Sequence record: SRR22947725_3004
Reading direction: 5' to 3' (one strand)
Length of the DNA stretch: 64,000 nt
Part shown: piece after piece, positions 29,273 to 39,974 of the stretch
Layout of the letters: the number at the start of each line of letters is the position of its first letter
Numbering within the stretch: the stretch's first letter is position 1
Position numbers and translations under genes: made by a program
The notes under the pieces: model-generated
Told to the model about the DNA's origin: nothing
The model's input: only the letters and a program-made list of their open reading frames with translations
Databases searched by the model: none

Positions 29273-32200
29273 ATGGATAACGTATCTGGATTTTGGTACA
29301 TCTGGGTCGACACAGGTGGTACCTTCACGGATTGTCTGGCACAAAGTCCGAGAGGGAAAATTTCGCGTGTAAAGGTGCTCAGCACTGGAAGACTCAGGGT
29401 AACGGTCTTCATGGCCCTCGAGCAAGACCAGCTGGTTATCTCCTGTTCTACCGTATTACCTGAAAACTTTTTGGTGGGAGCTAAATTGATCGCACCCGCA
29501 ACAGGAAATCTGGTGGGGGAAATCTTGCACCATGATATCCGCTCCGGCAAATGCCAGCTTCGTCGGGCCATGGATCATCAGTTGTGCAGTGGAGAGCTTC
29601 TGGAGTTAGACTTCGGGATGGAGGCACCAGTCCTGGCTGCTCGATTGATCACTCAAACCTCCCCTGAACGTCCTTTGCCCAGGACAGCATTTCATCTGGC
29701 GACGACCAAGAGCACGAATGCGCTTCTGGAAAGAAAGGGCGACCCCACGGCTTTCGTCGTCACAAAAGGTTTCAAGGATCTACTGAGGATCGGTGATCAA
29801 AGACGCCCCGATTTGTTTGCGCTTAATATCGATCAAGCTGATCCCTTGCACGATCTTGTTTTTGAATTTGATGAGCGAATGGATGCGCACGGTGATGTGC
29901 TGAAACCATTCGATGATGAAGCGTTTAATCAACTCTCTGATGCGTTGCTTCAGGCTGGGTTTACGACCGTGGCCATTGCGTTTTTGCATGCGGTTCAAAA
30001 TTCGGAACATGAACGCAAAGCCAGAAAAATTTTACAAGGCAAAGGAATAAGACATATTTCCTGTTCCTCTGAATTAGCTCCATTTGTCAAAATACTTCCA
30101 CGCGCTGAGACGTCTGTCGTCAATGCCTATTTAACTCCGCTTATGGAAAGATACCTTGATGGAGTAGAGACTGCCTTGAGCGGAGGTGACTTCCGCATCA
30201 TGACCAGCGCAGGAGGCTTTGTTTCGCGGCGAGATTACCGAGCAAAAGACAGTTTGTTCAGTGGACCTGCCGGAGGAGTGGTGGGGGCATCCACGATTGC
30301 TCATCAATGTGGTGAGGGAAGGACCATTGCCTTTGATATGGGAGGCACGAGCACGGATGTTGCGCGGTATCATCATGGTTTTGATTATCAGTTCGAGCAA
30401 CGCATCAGTGGTGTGCGATTGATGTCGCCTTCACTCAGGATTGAAACAGTTGCCGCAGGTGGCGGCTCTATCTGCGGTTTTGGTGCCGACGGTTTTTTTG
30501 TAGGCCCCCACAGCGCCGGGGCTTCACCTGGACCCGCCTCATATGGGGCGGGGGGGCCTTTGACCATAACGGATGTTAATCTATTGCTGGGTCGCATGGA
30601 TCCGGAACTCTTTGGAATACCGGCCAGAATAGACGCTGCTCGTCAGGCGGCTGATTGTGTTTACCAATCAATTCCGCGCGAACGGATTTCAGATTTAAAC
30701 ATAGATACCATGTTGCAGGGTTTGCTGGACATAGCCAATGAGCGTATGGCTGATACGATCAGGGGGATTTCAGTGCGAGAGGGCTATGATCCCAAGGAAT
30801 ACGCCATGACCGCCTTTGGGGGGGCAGGCGGTCAGCATGCCTGTCGCATCGCAGAGATTCTGGGGGGGCGGCGTATTTTATTTCCAGCTGATGCTGGCTT
30901 GCTGAGTGCTTTTGGTCTGCAGCATGCCCGCATGGAACGTTTTGCTCAAAGAGAGGTATTGAAATGTTGGGACGCTTTGGAGCCGCAATTTGACACCTTG
31001 GTCAAGACGCTGGAGGAGCAGGCAGTGCAGGCCTTGTCCGATGAAGGTTTTGAAAAAGATGAAATCCTTTTGGCTCGGCGCATTGTTCAAGTTCGCATCC
31101 ACGGACAGGAATGTTCCGAGTCCATAGACTGGTCTCCAGGGCAGGATCTTGCTGCCATGTTCCGATCAAGATATCTCAATGTCTACGGATACTATCCAGC
31201 TGAAAAGCCGATTGAAATCGTTACATTGCGCGTGATTGCTGCCACTGAAAAGATCCCACTGAAAAAAGAGAATTTTTCATATCAGGGAAAAGCTCAATCA
31301 GTCAGAACGATTCAAAGTTACGTTCAAAGTGAATGGCAGCAGATTCCGGTGTTCAGGCGCCAGGATCTTGCGGCTGGGGAATTCATGAAGGGCCCGGCTT
31401 TAGTTCAGGATGCCTTCAGTACAATGTGCATTGACATTGGTTGGAAAGCCATTGTGGGAGACATGGGTACCCTGCGTTTGGAGAGAATCTGTGCGAGTCC
31501 ACCAGAAAAGGGATCAGATGCGCCATCCATGCAATTCGAATTATTCACGCAGAGATTTTTCAGTCTGGTGAAGGAATCGGGCTTCATGCTTGAGCGAGTT
31601 TCCATTTCCACCAATGTGAAAGAACGCCTTGATTTTTCATGTGCCCTGCTGGATGCAGAAGGTGCATTGATTGTCAATGCACCTCACATTCCTGTTCACC
31701 TTGGAGCCATTGGTTTGTGCGTCCGAAAGTTGCTCGAGGAGTATCCAATGAATGATGGCGACATGGTCGTGACAAATCATCCAGCATACGGGGGGTCACA
31801 CTTGCCCGACGTAACCGTTGTCAGTCCTGCCTTTTCCACCTCAGGAGAGCTGCTGGGATATATTGCAAATCGTGCTCATCATGCGGAAATAGGTGGAATT
31901 CGACCCGGCTCCATGCCGCCAGATGCAAGGCATCTGGCTGAGGAGGGAGTTGTGATTCCTCCAACTTATTTATACCGCCGGGGCGAAGCTCATTTTGAAG
32001 TGTTGGAAGTGTTATTGAGCCAGTCCATCTATCCGTCCAGGAACCCCAAGGATAATCTTGCTGATTTGCAAGCACAGGCGGCGGCCAATCGAAAGGGGAT
32101 CCAGACGCTTGCACAATTGGCCGATGCCTACGGAGCTCAAACGATTAAAAATCATATGAAAGCCATGAAGGATCATGCTGCACAATTGCTGGTCAAACGT

Positions 32201-33067
32201 TTGAAAGTGCTTGAACACGGCGACTACATGGCTGAGGAATCGCTCGATGACGGGACTCTGCTAAAGGTATGCATTCATCATTCGAACCAGAGGCTTAAGT
32301 TTGATTTTACGGGTACAAAATTATTGCATGAGGGCAACTTGAACGCGACCCCTGCGATCGTGAACAGCGTCATTCTCTACGTACTAAGACTGCTTGTTCC
32401 CGGCTCAATTCCGATGAATGAAGGGCTTTTGCAGCAGGTAGAAGTCATTTTACCCCACTGCTTGCTCAATCCTCCCTTTTCTGCCGACCCTGAACACTGT
32501 CCGCCTGTCGTGGGTGGTAATGTAGAAACCAGTCAACGCCTGGTGGATCTTTTGCTGAAGGCTCTGCGTTTGGCCGGCTGTTCTCAGGGAACGATGAATA
32601 ACGTTATTTTTGGGAATGAATCTGTGAGCTACTATGAAACCGTTTGTGGAGGAGTGGGGGCAACGAATGAAAAATCAGGCGCGCATGCCATACATTCTCA
32701 CATGACAAACACTGCGATCACGGATCCTGAAATTCTGGAAATGCGTTATCCCGTCCGTTTGCACCGTTTTGCCATACGGAAGGGCTCTGGAGGCAAGGGA
32801 GATTATTCTGGTGGAGATGGGATTGTTCGCGAATTTGAATTCCTGGCGCCTGTATCACTTTCGCTACTTACCCAACATCGCGTCGAGGGTCCTTATGGTA
32901 TGCAGGGAGGGCACCCGGGGCAGACGGGCAGGCAAAAGTGGATAAAGAAGGATGGCAGAATCCAAGAACTGGATTCCATCTGTGGTGTGGAAATCTTGCC
33001 AGGTGAAAGGCTGATCCTTGAAACGCCAGGTGGCGGGGGGTATGGTATTAGCAAAGAAAATACCTGA
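29273..33067 (+). CDS. Fused hydantoinase/5-oxoprolinase (OplAH-like)
   Basis: DTGGTFTD, SGPAGG, DMGGTSTDV, N.KERLDFSCA, QGTMNN, TPGGGGYG. Confidence 0.93.
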   Translation: MDNVSGFWYIWVDTGGTFTDCLAQSPRGKISRVKVLSTGRLRVTVFMALEQDQLVISCSTVLPENFLVGAKLIAPATGNLVGEILHHDIRSGKCQLRRAMDHQLCSGELLELDFGMEAPVLAARLITQTSPERPLPRTAFHLATTKSTNALLERKGDPTAFVVTKGFKDLLRIGDQRRPDLFALNIDQADPLHDLVFEFDERMDAHGDVLKPFDDEAFNQLSDALLQAGFTTVAIAFLHAVQNSEHERKARKILQGKGIRHISCSSELAPFVKILPRAETSVVNAYLTPLMERYLDGVETALSGGDFRIMTSAGGFVSRRDYRAKDSLFSGPAGGVVGASTIAHQCGEGRTIAFDMGGTSTDVARYHHGFDYQFEQRISGVRLMSPSLRIETVAAGGGSICGFGADGFFVGPHSAGASPGPASYGAGGPLTITDVNLLLGRMDPELFGIPARIDAARQAADCVYQSIPRERISDLNIDTMLQGLLDIANERMADTIRGISVREGYDPKEYAMTAFGGAGGQHACRIAEILGGRRILFPADAGLLSAFGLQHARMERFAQREVLKCWDALEPQFDTLVKTLEEQAVQALSDEGFEKDEILLARRIVQVRIHGQECSESIDWSPGQDLAAMFRSRYLNVYGYYPAEKPIEIVTLRVIAATEKIPLKKENFSYQGKAQSVRTIQSYVQSEWQQIPVFRRQDLAAGEFMKGPALVQDAFSTMCIDIGWKAIVGDMGTLRLERICASPPEKGSDAPSMQFELFTQRFFSLVKESGFMLERVSISTNVKERLDFSCALLDAEGALIVNAPHIPVHLGAIGLCVRKLLEEYPMNDGDMVVTNHPAYGGSHLPDVTVVSPAFSTSGELLGYIANRAHHAEIGGIRPGSMPPDARHLAEEGVVIPPTYLYRRGEAHFEVLEVLLSQSIYPSRNPKDNLADLQAQAAANRKGIQTLAQLADAYGAQTIKNHMKAMKDHAAQLLVKRLKVLEHGDYMAEESLDDGTLLKVCIHHSNQRLKFDFTGTKLLHEGNLNATPAIVNSVILYVLRLLVPGSIPMNEGLLQQVEVILPHCLLNPPFSADPEHCPPVVGGNVETSQRLVDLLLKALRLAGCSQGTMNNVIFGNESVSYYETVCGGVGATNEKSGAHAIHSHMTNTAITDPEILEMRYPVRLHRFAIRKGSGGKGDYSGGDGIVREFEFLAPVSLSLLTQHRVEGPYGMQGGHPGQTGRQKWIKKDGRIQELDSICGVEILPGERLILETPGGGGYGISKENT

Positions 33068-33110
33068 GGATTTCTCGAATACCAACGCATAGGTCTCAAA
33101 TAGATCCACG

Positions 33111-35456
33111 GTGAATGAGATTCTCCATAAAAAAATGAACAGTATGCGCCCATTCCAATCAAAATTTTCAGCACTCCTCTCCTGTAGGATGCATGTGGCC
33201 TCCATACGAGCCTTGAGCACCATGCTGGGTTGCATACTGTTTTCTTCAATGCAGATGGTGGCTTTGCTGGGGCAGGAATCTTCTGAACTGACTGAATCCC
33301 AGATCGCAGCTGCCACACCGGAGCAACTGCAGGGATTAGCTGAAACAGGAGATGCGCGTGCGCAGTTCAGTCTTGGCCTTGCATATTTCAATGGAAGAGT
33401 CGTCAGCAAAGATCTCAGAAAGGCCTCGATATGGTTTGAGAAAGCTGCTGAGCAAGGCCATCTGAGCGCTCAATACAATCTGGGTGTCTTATTTGTTCAA
33501 GGGTTTGGAGTGGATAAGGATTTTGCTCAAGCAGCCAAATGGTTTCGGAAGGCAGCGGATCAGGGCGACTTGACGTCGCAATATAACATGGGGATATTTT
33601 TCCGCAATGGTCTCGGAGTTCCTTTGGATCCATCAGAGTCACTTCGTTACTTTGCCTCCGCTGCCAGTCAAGGAGACCCCAGAGCTCAATTTCATTTAGG
33701 TCAATCTATTCTGGAGGGTGATTCTATTGAGCAAAACCTTCCTGAAGCTTATTTGTGGATCAAACTTTCCGCTGCTCAAGGCAATAAAGATGCTCGAGCA
33801 CTCCTTGATGAGTTAACGCCTACAATGTCCCCTGAGGACGTATTCCAGGGACGTTTACTGAATGCCGAGCGCGGTGATGCTGAAGATCAATTTCAGGTCG
33901 CCATGGGTTACACAACCGGACACGGCATAAAAACCAATGCCAGTGAGGCCATTCGATGGCTGCGTTTGGCCGCTGGACAAGATCATCCCGAGGCACAGCT
34001 GAAGCTCGGTCAGGCTTATGTTTCTGGGCAGGGCGTTGCGCAAGATTATGTGGAAGCCGCCAGATGGTATCGCAAAACCGCATCGCAAGGGCACATTCAG
34101 GCTCAATTCTATCTCGCCAACATGTACGAGGCTGGCAAAGGAGTCGAACAGGACATGGCTGAAGCGGTGCATTGGTATCAACAGGCGGCTGAACAGGGTG
34201 TGCTGCCTGCTCAGTTCAAAATGGGTACCGTTTACTCGCAAGGATTTGGCGTTGAAGTGGACCTGGAAGAATCTCAGCGTTGGTTCCATCTTGCTGCGCG
34301 ACGAGGCGACATGCGTGCGCAATTCAACCTGGGACTGCTCCTGGAGGCAGGTAATGGTGCAGAACCGGATCAAGCCGCGGCGATTGAGTGGTATCTCCAA
34401 GCAGCAGGTCAGGGTGATGCGGATGCTCACTTTCGGTTGGGCCGGATTTATTCTGATGGGCGTGGTGTTCCCCGTGATGTGAATTTGGCGATGAATCACT
34501 TTCTGAAAGCGGCTGATAAGGGTGATCCCCGAGCTCAGGCTGAGGCGGGCTATCGTTACCTCAAAGGGGAAGGCGTCAAACAGGACCTGGAGCGAGCGGT
34601 AAAATTACTGAAACAAGCGGGGGCTCAAGGTGATCCCATGGCTCTCTACAATCTGGCTTTTGTCTTTGAGCAAAGTTCAGCCAAGAACAATTTAGAGCAG
34701 GCATTGGACTGGTATCGGCAGGCCGCTGAAAAAGATGTATTGGAGGCCAAGCTCAGATTAGCCTCGATCTACCGTGAAGGCAAAATAAGGCCCTCCGATA
34801 TTCAGGAAACGATCAAGTGGACCACCAAAGCTGCCGAAAGTGGCCATATTGCTTCTCAGTACAATCTCGGTTTGCTCCTGTCAGGTCAGGTAGATGACGT
34901 TGAAGGGATTGAGACTGATCCTGAAAAGGCGGTTACCTGGCTAAAGAAAGCGGCGGATCAAGGACATGAAAAAGCCTTGATGCTTTACGCGACTTTACTG
35001 GTAAGGGGCGATCAGATTGCGCCTGATCCCGCGAAGGCAGCGCAGTTGTTCACACAAGCAGCAGAAAAAGGCAATTTGGTGGCGCAGTTTAATTTGGGCG
35101 TGCTGCATGAGCTGGGGCAAGGGGTTTCGCTAGACTTACAGGAAGCTGCCAAATGGTATGATCACGCAGCCAACCTTGGGCACGCCAGAGCCCAGTTTCA
35201 TCTCGCACTGTTGCATGATCAAGGCATGGGAATACCTCAGGACAGACGCTCAGCCTTCGAATGGTATCAGCGAGCGGCAGAACAGGGGGTGGTCGATGCT
35301 CAATGTGCCGTCGGCACTTTCTTTATTGATGGCGATGTTGAGGAAGCCAACCTTGAGAAAGCCCGCAGTTGGTTTCAAAAAGCCGAACGGGGTGGTTCCA
35401 TGGAGGCTGCTGCATTTCTTGAAAAAATCAAGGAACTCAGTGGCTCGGCCGAATGA
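33111..35456 (+). CDS. Sel1-like repeat protein
   Basis: Roughly 18-19 repeats of AQ..LG..Y..G.GV..D...A..W...AA.QG. Start uncertain. Confidence 0.93.
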   Translation: MNEILHKKMNSMRPFQSKFSALLSCRMHVASIRALSTMLGCILFSSMQMVALLGQESSELTESQIAAATPEQLQGLAETGDARAQFSLGLAYFNGRVVSKDLRKASIWFEKAAEQGHLSAQYNLGVLFVQGFGVDKDFAQAAKWFRKAADQGDLTSQYNMGIFFRNGLGVPLDPSESLRYFASAASQGDPRAQFHLGQSILEGDSIEQNLPEAYLWIKLSAAQGNKDARALLDELTPTMSPEDVFQGRLLNAERGDAEDQFQVAMGYTTGHGIKTNASEAIRWLRLAAGQDHPEAQLKLGQAYVSGQGVAQDYVEAARWYRKTASQGHIQAQFYLANMYEAGKGVEQDMAEAVHWYQQAAEQGVLPAQFKMGTVYSQGFGVEVDLEESQRWFHLAARRGDMRAQFNLGLLLEAGNGAEPDQAAAIEWYLQAAGQGDADAHFRLGRIYSDGRGVPRDVNLAMNHFLKAADKGDPRAQAEAGYRYLKGEGVKQDLERAVKLLKQAGAQGDPMALYNLAFVFEQSSAKNNLEQALDWYRQAAEKDVLEAKLRLASIYREGKIRPSDIQETIKWTTKAAESGHIASQYNLGLLLSGQVDDVEGIETDPEKAVTWLKKAADQGHEKALMLYATLLVRGDQIAPDPAKAAQLFTQAAEKGNLVAQFNLGVLHELGQGVSLDLQEAAKWYDHAANLGHARAQFHLALLHDQGMGIPQDRRSAFEWYQRAAEQGVVDAQCAVGTFFIDGDVEEANLEKARSWFQKAERGGSMEAAAFLEKIKELSGSAE

Positions 35457-35488
35457 GGTGCTCTTTTTTTAAGGTTGGGTCAAGGCAG

Positions 35489-35518
35489 AAAAAAATCCGA
35501 AGCATCGCTGCTCCGGAT
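35489..35518 (-). terminator. Probable terminator of the pilin gene
   Basis: ATCCG-A-AGCA/TGCT-C-CGGAT stem next to an A7 run. Confidence 0.55.
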
Positions 35519-35544
35519 CGTTCAAGATTTTCCAGTGATATTTG

Positions 35545-35937
35545 TCAGGGCGTCACTTCGCCTTCGGAGTCGAAGGGCCCCGTGAGACCCGTGAGGGACT
35601 CTCCTGCCGGAAGGCTTGCTGTTGCCGATTGATTTACTTTTCCGACGTTATACGTCTCTCCTACCACCGGGTCCGGAAATTCTCCTTTATTAAAATAAGG
35701 GGCCAGTTGATCGGTGTTTGCCGTAGCCGAACTGGATTGGCCATTTTCAAGAGACCATTGACTCTTGGCGCTATCTATCAAGCGCAGGTTGTTCTGGATC
35801 AAGCTAAGTTGTGTGCGTTCACGTGCACGTATGAGGTTTGGAACCGCGATGGCTGCTAATAGTCCGATGATGGCCACCACAATCATGATTTCCACCAATG
35901 TAAAAGCGGCGCGTGTGCGAAATTGTCTTAATTGCAT
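35545..35937 (-). CDS. Type IV pilin-like protein
   Basis: AFTLVEIMIVVAIIGLLAAIAVPN; 130 aa. Confidence 0.9.
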   Translation of the reverse strand: MQLRQFRTRAAFTLVEIMIVVAIIGLLAAIAVPNLIRARERTQLSLIQNNLRLIDSAKSQWSLENGQSSSATANTDQLAPYFNKGEFPDPVVGETYNVGKVNQSATASLPAGESLTGLTGPFDSEGEVTP

Positions 35938-36061
35938 AAATGTGTTTAATTTACTGTTTCTAGGTGCACGTTCAATCTCAATTTAAATCATCCCTGTCAG
36001 AGCCTCTGCTGAAATTGACATTTTGAGTATAACGCTTCGTCAGGCTGAAAGTTGCGTTGCG

Positions 36062-36571
36062 TCAAAATCCCTTCTTCGATAGTTCTGACTGCAGTGCCAC
36101 CTGAAATTCCATCAAATCCGTTTGCGAAGGTTTGTAACCTTCCTGATCAGGAGAGAGTCCCAGTTGTCCAAACTGGTCAAGGTGCCATCCTGCTGTTTGC
36201 TGATCGCTGAATGTTACTTTACCGCTGGCTAACATTCCCGGGCGCGCCAGTTGGTCGAGACTGATCTGAACATTGCCTTCCTGCGGAGCAGTAGCCTCAT
36301 CATCCACCAATTCGCCGAGGTTTTCTTCCGGGTCCGGCGCTGCCGGCGAGGGCTGCGGCGCATCATTCGGCGGTGGTGCAGGCTCCTCTTTCTCGACTTC
36401 TGGTTCCGGATCTTTCGGAATGACCCCTAGATCATCCACAAGGAAGCGTACTTCCATGTATGTCATGGTGATGTCAAACTCCTCTGCAAGTTTTACTTGG
36501 ATATCAGCGACTTTGAGTCCCTCTTCAATCCATTGTCTTACCGTCTGTTTTTGTGAATCGTCCAGTGTCAT
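36062..36571 (-). CDS. Conserved hypothetical protein
   Basis: Two compact domains joined by an acidic Pro-rich linker. Confidence 0.75.
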   Translation of the reverse strand: MTLDDSQKQTVRQWIEEGLKVADIQVKLAEEFDITMTYMEVRFLVDDLGVIPKDPEPEVEKEEPAPPPNDAPQPSPAAPDPEENLGELVDDEATAPQEGNVQISLDQLARPGMLASGKVTFSDQQTAGWHLDQFGQLGLSPDQEGYKPSQTDLMEFQVALQSELSKKGF

Positions 36572-36849
36572 GTATGTCTACTTTCCATATTAAATCGTAA
36601 AGATTCCTTATTTCAACTTCTAATAGAAAGAATGCCCATGGGAATCTCATAGACTCTCTTGCTGTGACAAGGCCAGATCGCATTGAATTTCGGTGATATT
36701 CAGGCAATTGAGAAAGAAATCGAGAAATGCAGTTTGTTGAGGGGTTTCAGTTTTGGAATGCCTTTTTACTTCACTAGATCTTTGACCGATACCTGACACT
36801 CTTGGTAAGTCAATTTGACTTGGCGGATCAATCGCCTCAAAATAAGAAG

Positions 36850-37719
36850 ATGAATTTTTCGAGGCTAAAACAAATGTCCACCCTTGTGTTGGCGATGAAT
36901 CTCTCTACTTCATGTGCTTGGGCTGATTGGTCTTGGGTTGTTCCGTCTGATTACGCATCCGTATCACCGGATTTATTCCTCAAAGGAGTGAAGGAGGCTG
37001 ATGGCTTTCGCCGAAATTTACTTCAGAAAAATGCGGTGGGTTTGACCAAGGCTGATGTTTTGAGTGAAGCGATTGTGCGCTTTCAAAGGTTAGCAGGTGA
37101 TCACCTTTCGAAAGAAAATGGAGTAAAAGGTTATAAAATTAGAAAAAAAACGCTCCTGCGCGCATTCAAGGGAGAAAAATCAAAATTAAAACCTCATGAC
37201 GTATTCAAGGCTTTTGACGGAAAATGGTATGGCATTTGGGATAAAATGAAGGTAGACCATCACTGGTTTCCGCAAATTAACCAGGACCCTCCCAAAAAGA
37301 TTCAGGCTTTCCACGATGTGTGGGTTCACGCGGTTCAATTTGCCTGGATTGGGGATGGATTTGGGTGGAATGTGGTGGCGACAGAGGAGGAGGATTCCTC
37401 TGATTATTTCCTGCTGGGAACGGTGTATCATGTGCGGGACAAAGATCCTTCACAAATCTACCTGCATCGACCGCACGTAGGAATTTCTGCGACCAAAAAT
37501 CAGCTCATTTGGATGACCAGCCGGGAAGTGTTTCTTGAAGAACGGTTGGCCCCCAAGGGTGAGTTTCCTGAAAGGTATGTCATTACCGGGTTTAATTTTC
37601 AAATGCAGGGTAACTCCAGATTGAGCGTTGTGGGAAACAGCTTCCAAGCCATATACACTCGCAAGTCAGACCAGCGTTATCCCTGGAAACAGTATTGGAT
37701 CAACCTGACCGCGCCTTGA
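36850..37719 (+). CDS. Hypothetical exported protein
   Basis: Long ORF with a signal-like leader ending in AWA; Trp-rich C-terminal half. Confidence 0.7.
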   Translation: MNFSRLKQMSTLVLAMNLSTSCAWADWSWVVPSDYASVSPDLFLKGVKEADGFRRNLLQKNAVGLTKADVLSEAIVRFQRLAGDHLSKENGVKGYKIRKKTLLRAFKGEKSKLKPHDVFKAFDGKWYGIWDKMKVDHHWFPQINQDPPKKIQAFHDVWVHAVQFAWIGDGFGWNVVATEEEDSSDYFLLGTVYHVRDKDPSQIYLHRPHVGISATKNQLIWMTSREVFLEERLAPKGEFPERYVITGFNFQMQGNSRLSVVGNSFQAIYTRKSDQRYPWKQYWINLTAP

Positions 37720-37771
37720 TGCCCGTTTCGGTATGCATGTTCAAGTTTCCTGAAATGGATCATCCATTGTC

Positions 37772-38191
37772 TCATGCCTCGTGCCTTCGGTTGAGTTCGT
37801 CTACGGTGCTGTTCAGATTCCAGAAATCAATGATCAGGAAAATCATGCTGATCAAAATAAGAGGAGGAAACAAGACTGCCATCAAGCTGGATCCCAGAAT
37901 AATCAAGCCGCTGATTTTACCGAGGTAGAGACGGTGTAAACCGAATGTTCCGAGAAATGTCAACAGCATCCAACTCACGGTGTAATTGTATCTGCCAGTT
38001 GCAAACCTGCGCTCAGCCTGACTATCCATCATGGGAATTAAAAACAAATCAATCAGCCATCCAACAAGAAAAAGTCCACCCGTACACAACCAGATGGTGC
38101 CAGAAATAGGTTTCCCGTAATAAAACCTGTGGGATCCGGTAAAGCCTAAAATCCATAGTAAATAGCCGACTAAAATCGAGTGCGTCTGCAT
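37772..38191 (-). CDS. Double TM2-domain protein
   Basis: G..G.HRFY.GK and G.FGLHRLYLGK. Confidence 0.9.
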   Translation of the reverse strand: MQTHSILVGYLLWILGFTGSHRFYYGKPISGTIWLCTGGLFLVGWLIDLFLIPMMDSQAERRFATGRYNYTVSWMLLTFLGTFGLHRLYLGKISGLIILGSSLMAVLFPPLILISMIFLIIDFWNLNSTVDELNRRHEA

Positions 38192-38340
38192 AAACAGACC
38201 CTATCACAGATTTTCCATTCAGCATGTGTAATATGTATTGTGTTTTGTAATTGATACTGTGGTTGAGGGAAGTTTGGTTTGACTCACTTTTTTTGTATGG
38301 AGATGAACCAATTCCTAAAAGACGCAGACAAAGGGTGAAC

Positions 38341-38506
38341 CTCCAATGGTCGAGAAGCCCCGGTTCGGCTAACGTCAAAGTCAAAATTTATCCCGTTTGC
38401 CCCAGGGGAGGCACGCCATTGCTTCAAATCGCTGGACCACACGCAGGGCAAGAGACGTCTTTGTTCTACTGCTTAAGAGTCCAGAGTTCTTGGTCAAGCG
38501 CGCCGT
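38341..38506 (+). pseudogene. Possible decayed N-terminus of a tyrosine integrase
   Basis: QW....GSANVKVKIY...LLQIA, +1 shift, DHTQGKRRLCSTA*ESRVLGQARR. The resemblance is to verrucomicrobial integrase N-termini as I recall them, unverified. Confidence 0.35.
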
Positions 38507-38789
38507 CCGAGCTCCAGAGCAGTCCATAAAAATTCCTGATCAATATGGACCTGAAAAAGATCTAATCACGGTAAAAGCGACGGATGTCATTAATCGTACA
38601 AAAGGGTTGTCAGGCACATCGTAGTGTATGGATCCGATATGACTGAAAGAGGATTCTAGGAATCTGATTGCCTTTTTGAGCACTCAGAAAGAGGATGTCT
38701 CTCATTGAGGTGTCATAGTTGAACCCGAGCTAATATTGAACTCTGGCCATTTCAGCTTTAAAGTATGGATACCGTAACGAACGAATTCG

Positions 38790-39953
38790 ATGTATTATTT
38801 GGACAATAATGGAACGACACAGGTCGCCCCTGAAGTATTGGAAGCCATGCTGCCATTTTATACGCAGCATTGGGGCAACCCTTCAAGTGCGCATCGTACT
38901 TGCCGCCCGGTCAAGGAAGCACTGCATCAGGCAAGGGTATCCATTGCTTCATTAATCAATGCACAACCAGAAGAGATTGTCTTTACAGGTTGTGGTACTG
39001 AAAGCAATAACACCGCGATTCACAGTGCGCTATGCCGGGATGCCGGCAAAAAGCATTTGATAACCACGGCAGTAGAGCATTCTGCGAACCTCAAGTATGG
39101 TCAGTTTTTACAGAGTCATGGCTACGATGTGACCTTCCTGCCAGTTGAGGAAGATGGATCCATTGATATTTGCATGCTACAGGATCTGATTCGTCCTGAT
39201 ACCGCCATGGTATCCATCATGTGGGCCAATAATGAAACGGGCGTCCTTTTTCCAATAGAAGAGGTGGCAGCCATTTGCCGGAGCAAGGAAGTAGCTTTCC
39301 ATACCGATGCCATTCAGGCCGCCGGTAAAGTGACTCTGGATGTTCAATCGGCTGAAGTTGATTATTTATCTTTATCGGCACATAAAATATATGCTCCCAA
39401 AGGGATTGGCGCTCTCTATGTCAAAAAAGGAACTCCTTACTCCTCCTATCTTTTCGGAGGAGGGCAGGAATCGGGGCGCCGTGCCGGAACTGAAAACGTA
39501 GCAGGTATTGTTGGTTTCGGGCGAGCAGCACAGATGGCATTTGAAGATACTGCTCGTAGTCAACAAACAGAGACATTGAGAAACCGGATGGAAAATGGCA
39601 TCCTGAGCAATATTCCGCAAACATCCCGTAATGGATGTAAATCACAACGACTGCCCAACACTTCGAATATCGCGTTTGATGGAGTGGAAGGAGAAGCATT
39701 GCTTCTTCGCCTGGATCGTTTGGGCATCTGTGCTTCCAGTGGATCTGCATGCACAACAGGATCTTTGAAACCATCGCATGTCCTCCTCGCGATGGGGGTG
39801 CCGGCAAGGCGTGCTTTATCCAGTTTGCGTTTCAGCCTTGGGCACTATTCTTCTGAAGAAGATGTTGATTATTTGCTGAAGCACCTGCCCGAGATCGTAA
39901 GCGAATTACGAGGGCAATCACCCAAACCTCAATCTCTGGAAGTAGTCACCTAA
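38790..39953 (+). CDS. Cysteine desulfurase (group I, IscS/NifS type)
   Basis: YLDNNGTT, NNETG, HTDA.Q, SAHK.Y.PKG, SSGSACT. Confidence 0.95.
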   Translation: MYYLDNNGTTQVAPEVLEAMLPFYTQHWGNPSSAHRTCRPVKEALHQARVSIASLINAQPEEIVFTGCGTESNNTAIHSALCRDAGKKHLITTAVEHSANLKYGQFLQSHGYDVTFLPVEEDGSIDICMLQDLIRPDTAMVSIMWANNETGVLFPIEEVAAICRSKEVAFHTDAIQAAGKVTLDVQSAEVDYLSLSAHKIYAPKGIGALYVKKGTPYSSYLFGGGQESGRRAGTENVAGIVGFGRAAQMAFEDTARSQQTETLRNRMENGILSNIPQTSRNGCKSQRLPNTSNIAFDGVEGEALLLRLDRLGICASSGSACTTGSLKPSHVLLAMGVPARRALSSLRFSLGHYSSEEDVDYLLKHLPEIVSELRGQSPKPQSLEVVT

Positions 39954-39974
39954 GTATTACAGAATTCACATCCC

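Noticed and set aside
33300-35400. ~108-nt periodicity
   Set aside because: Protein-level Sel1 repeats, not a CRISPR array or DNA repeat.
38264-38372. Words loosely like RNase P RNA ends (GAGGGAAGT, CGGCTAAC)
   Set aside because: Only about 100 nt apart and the conserved core does not match.
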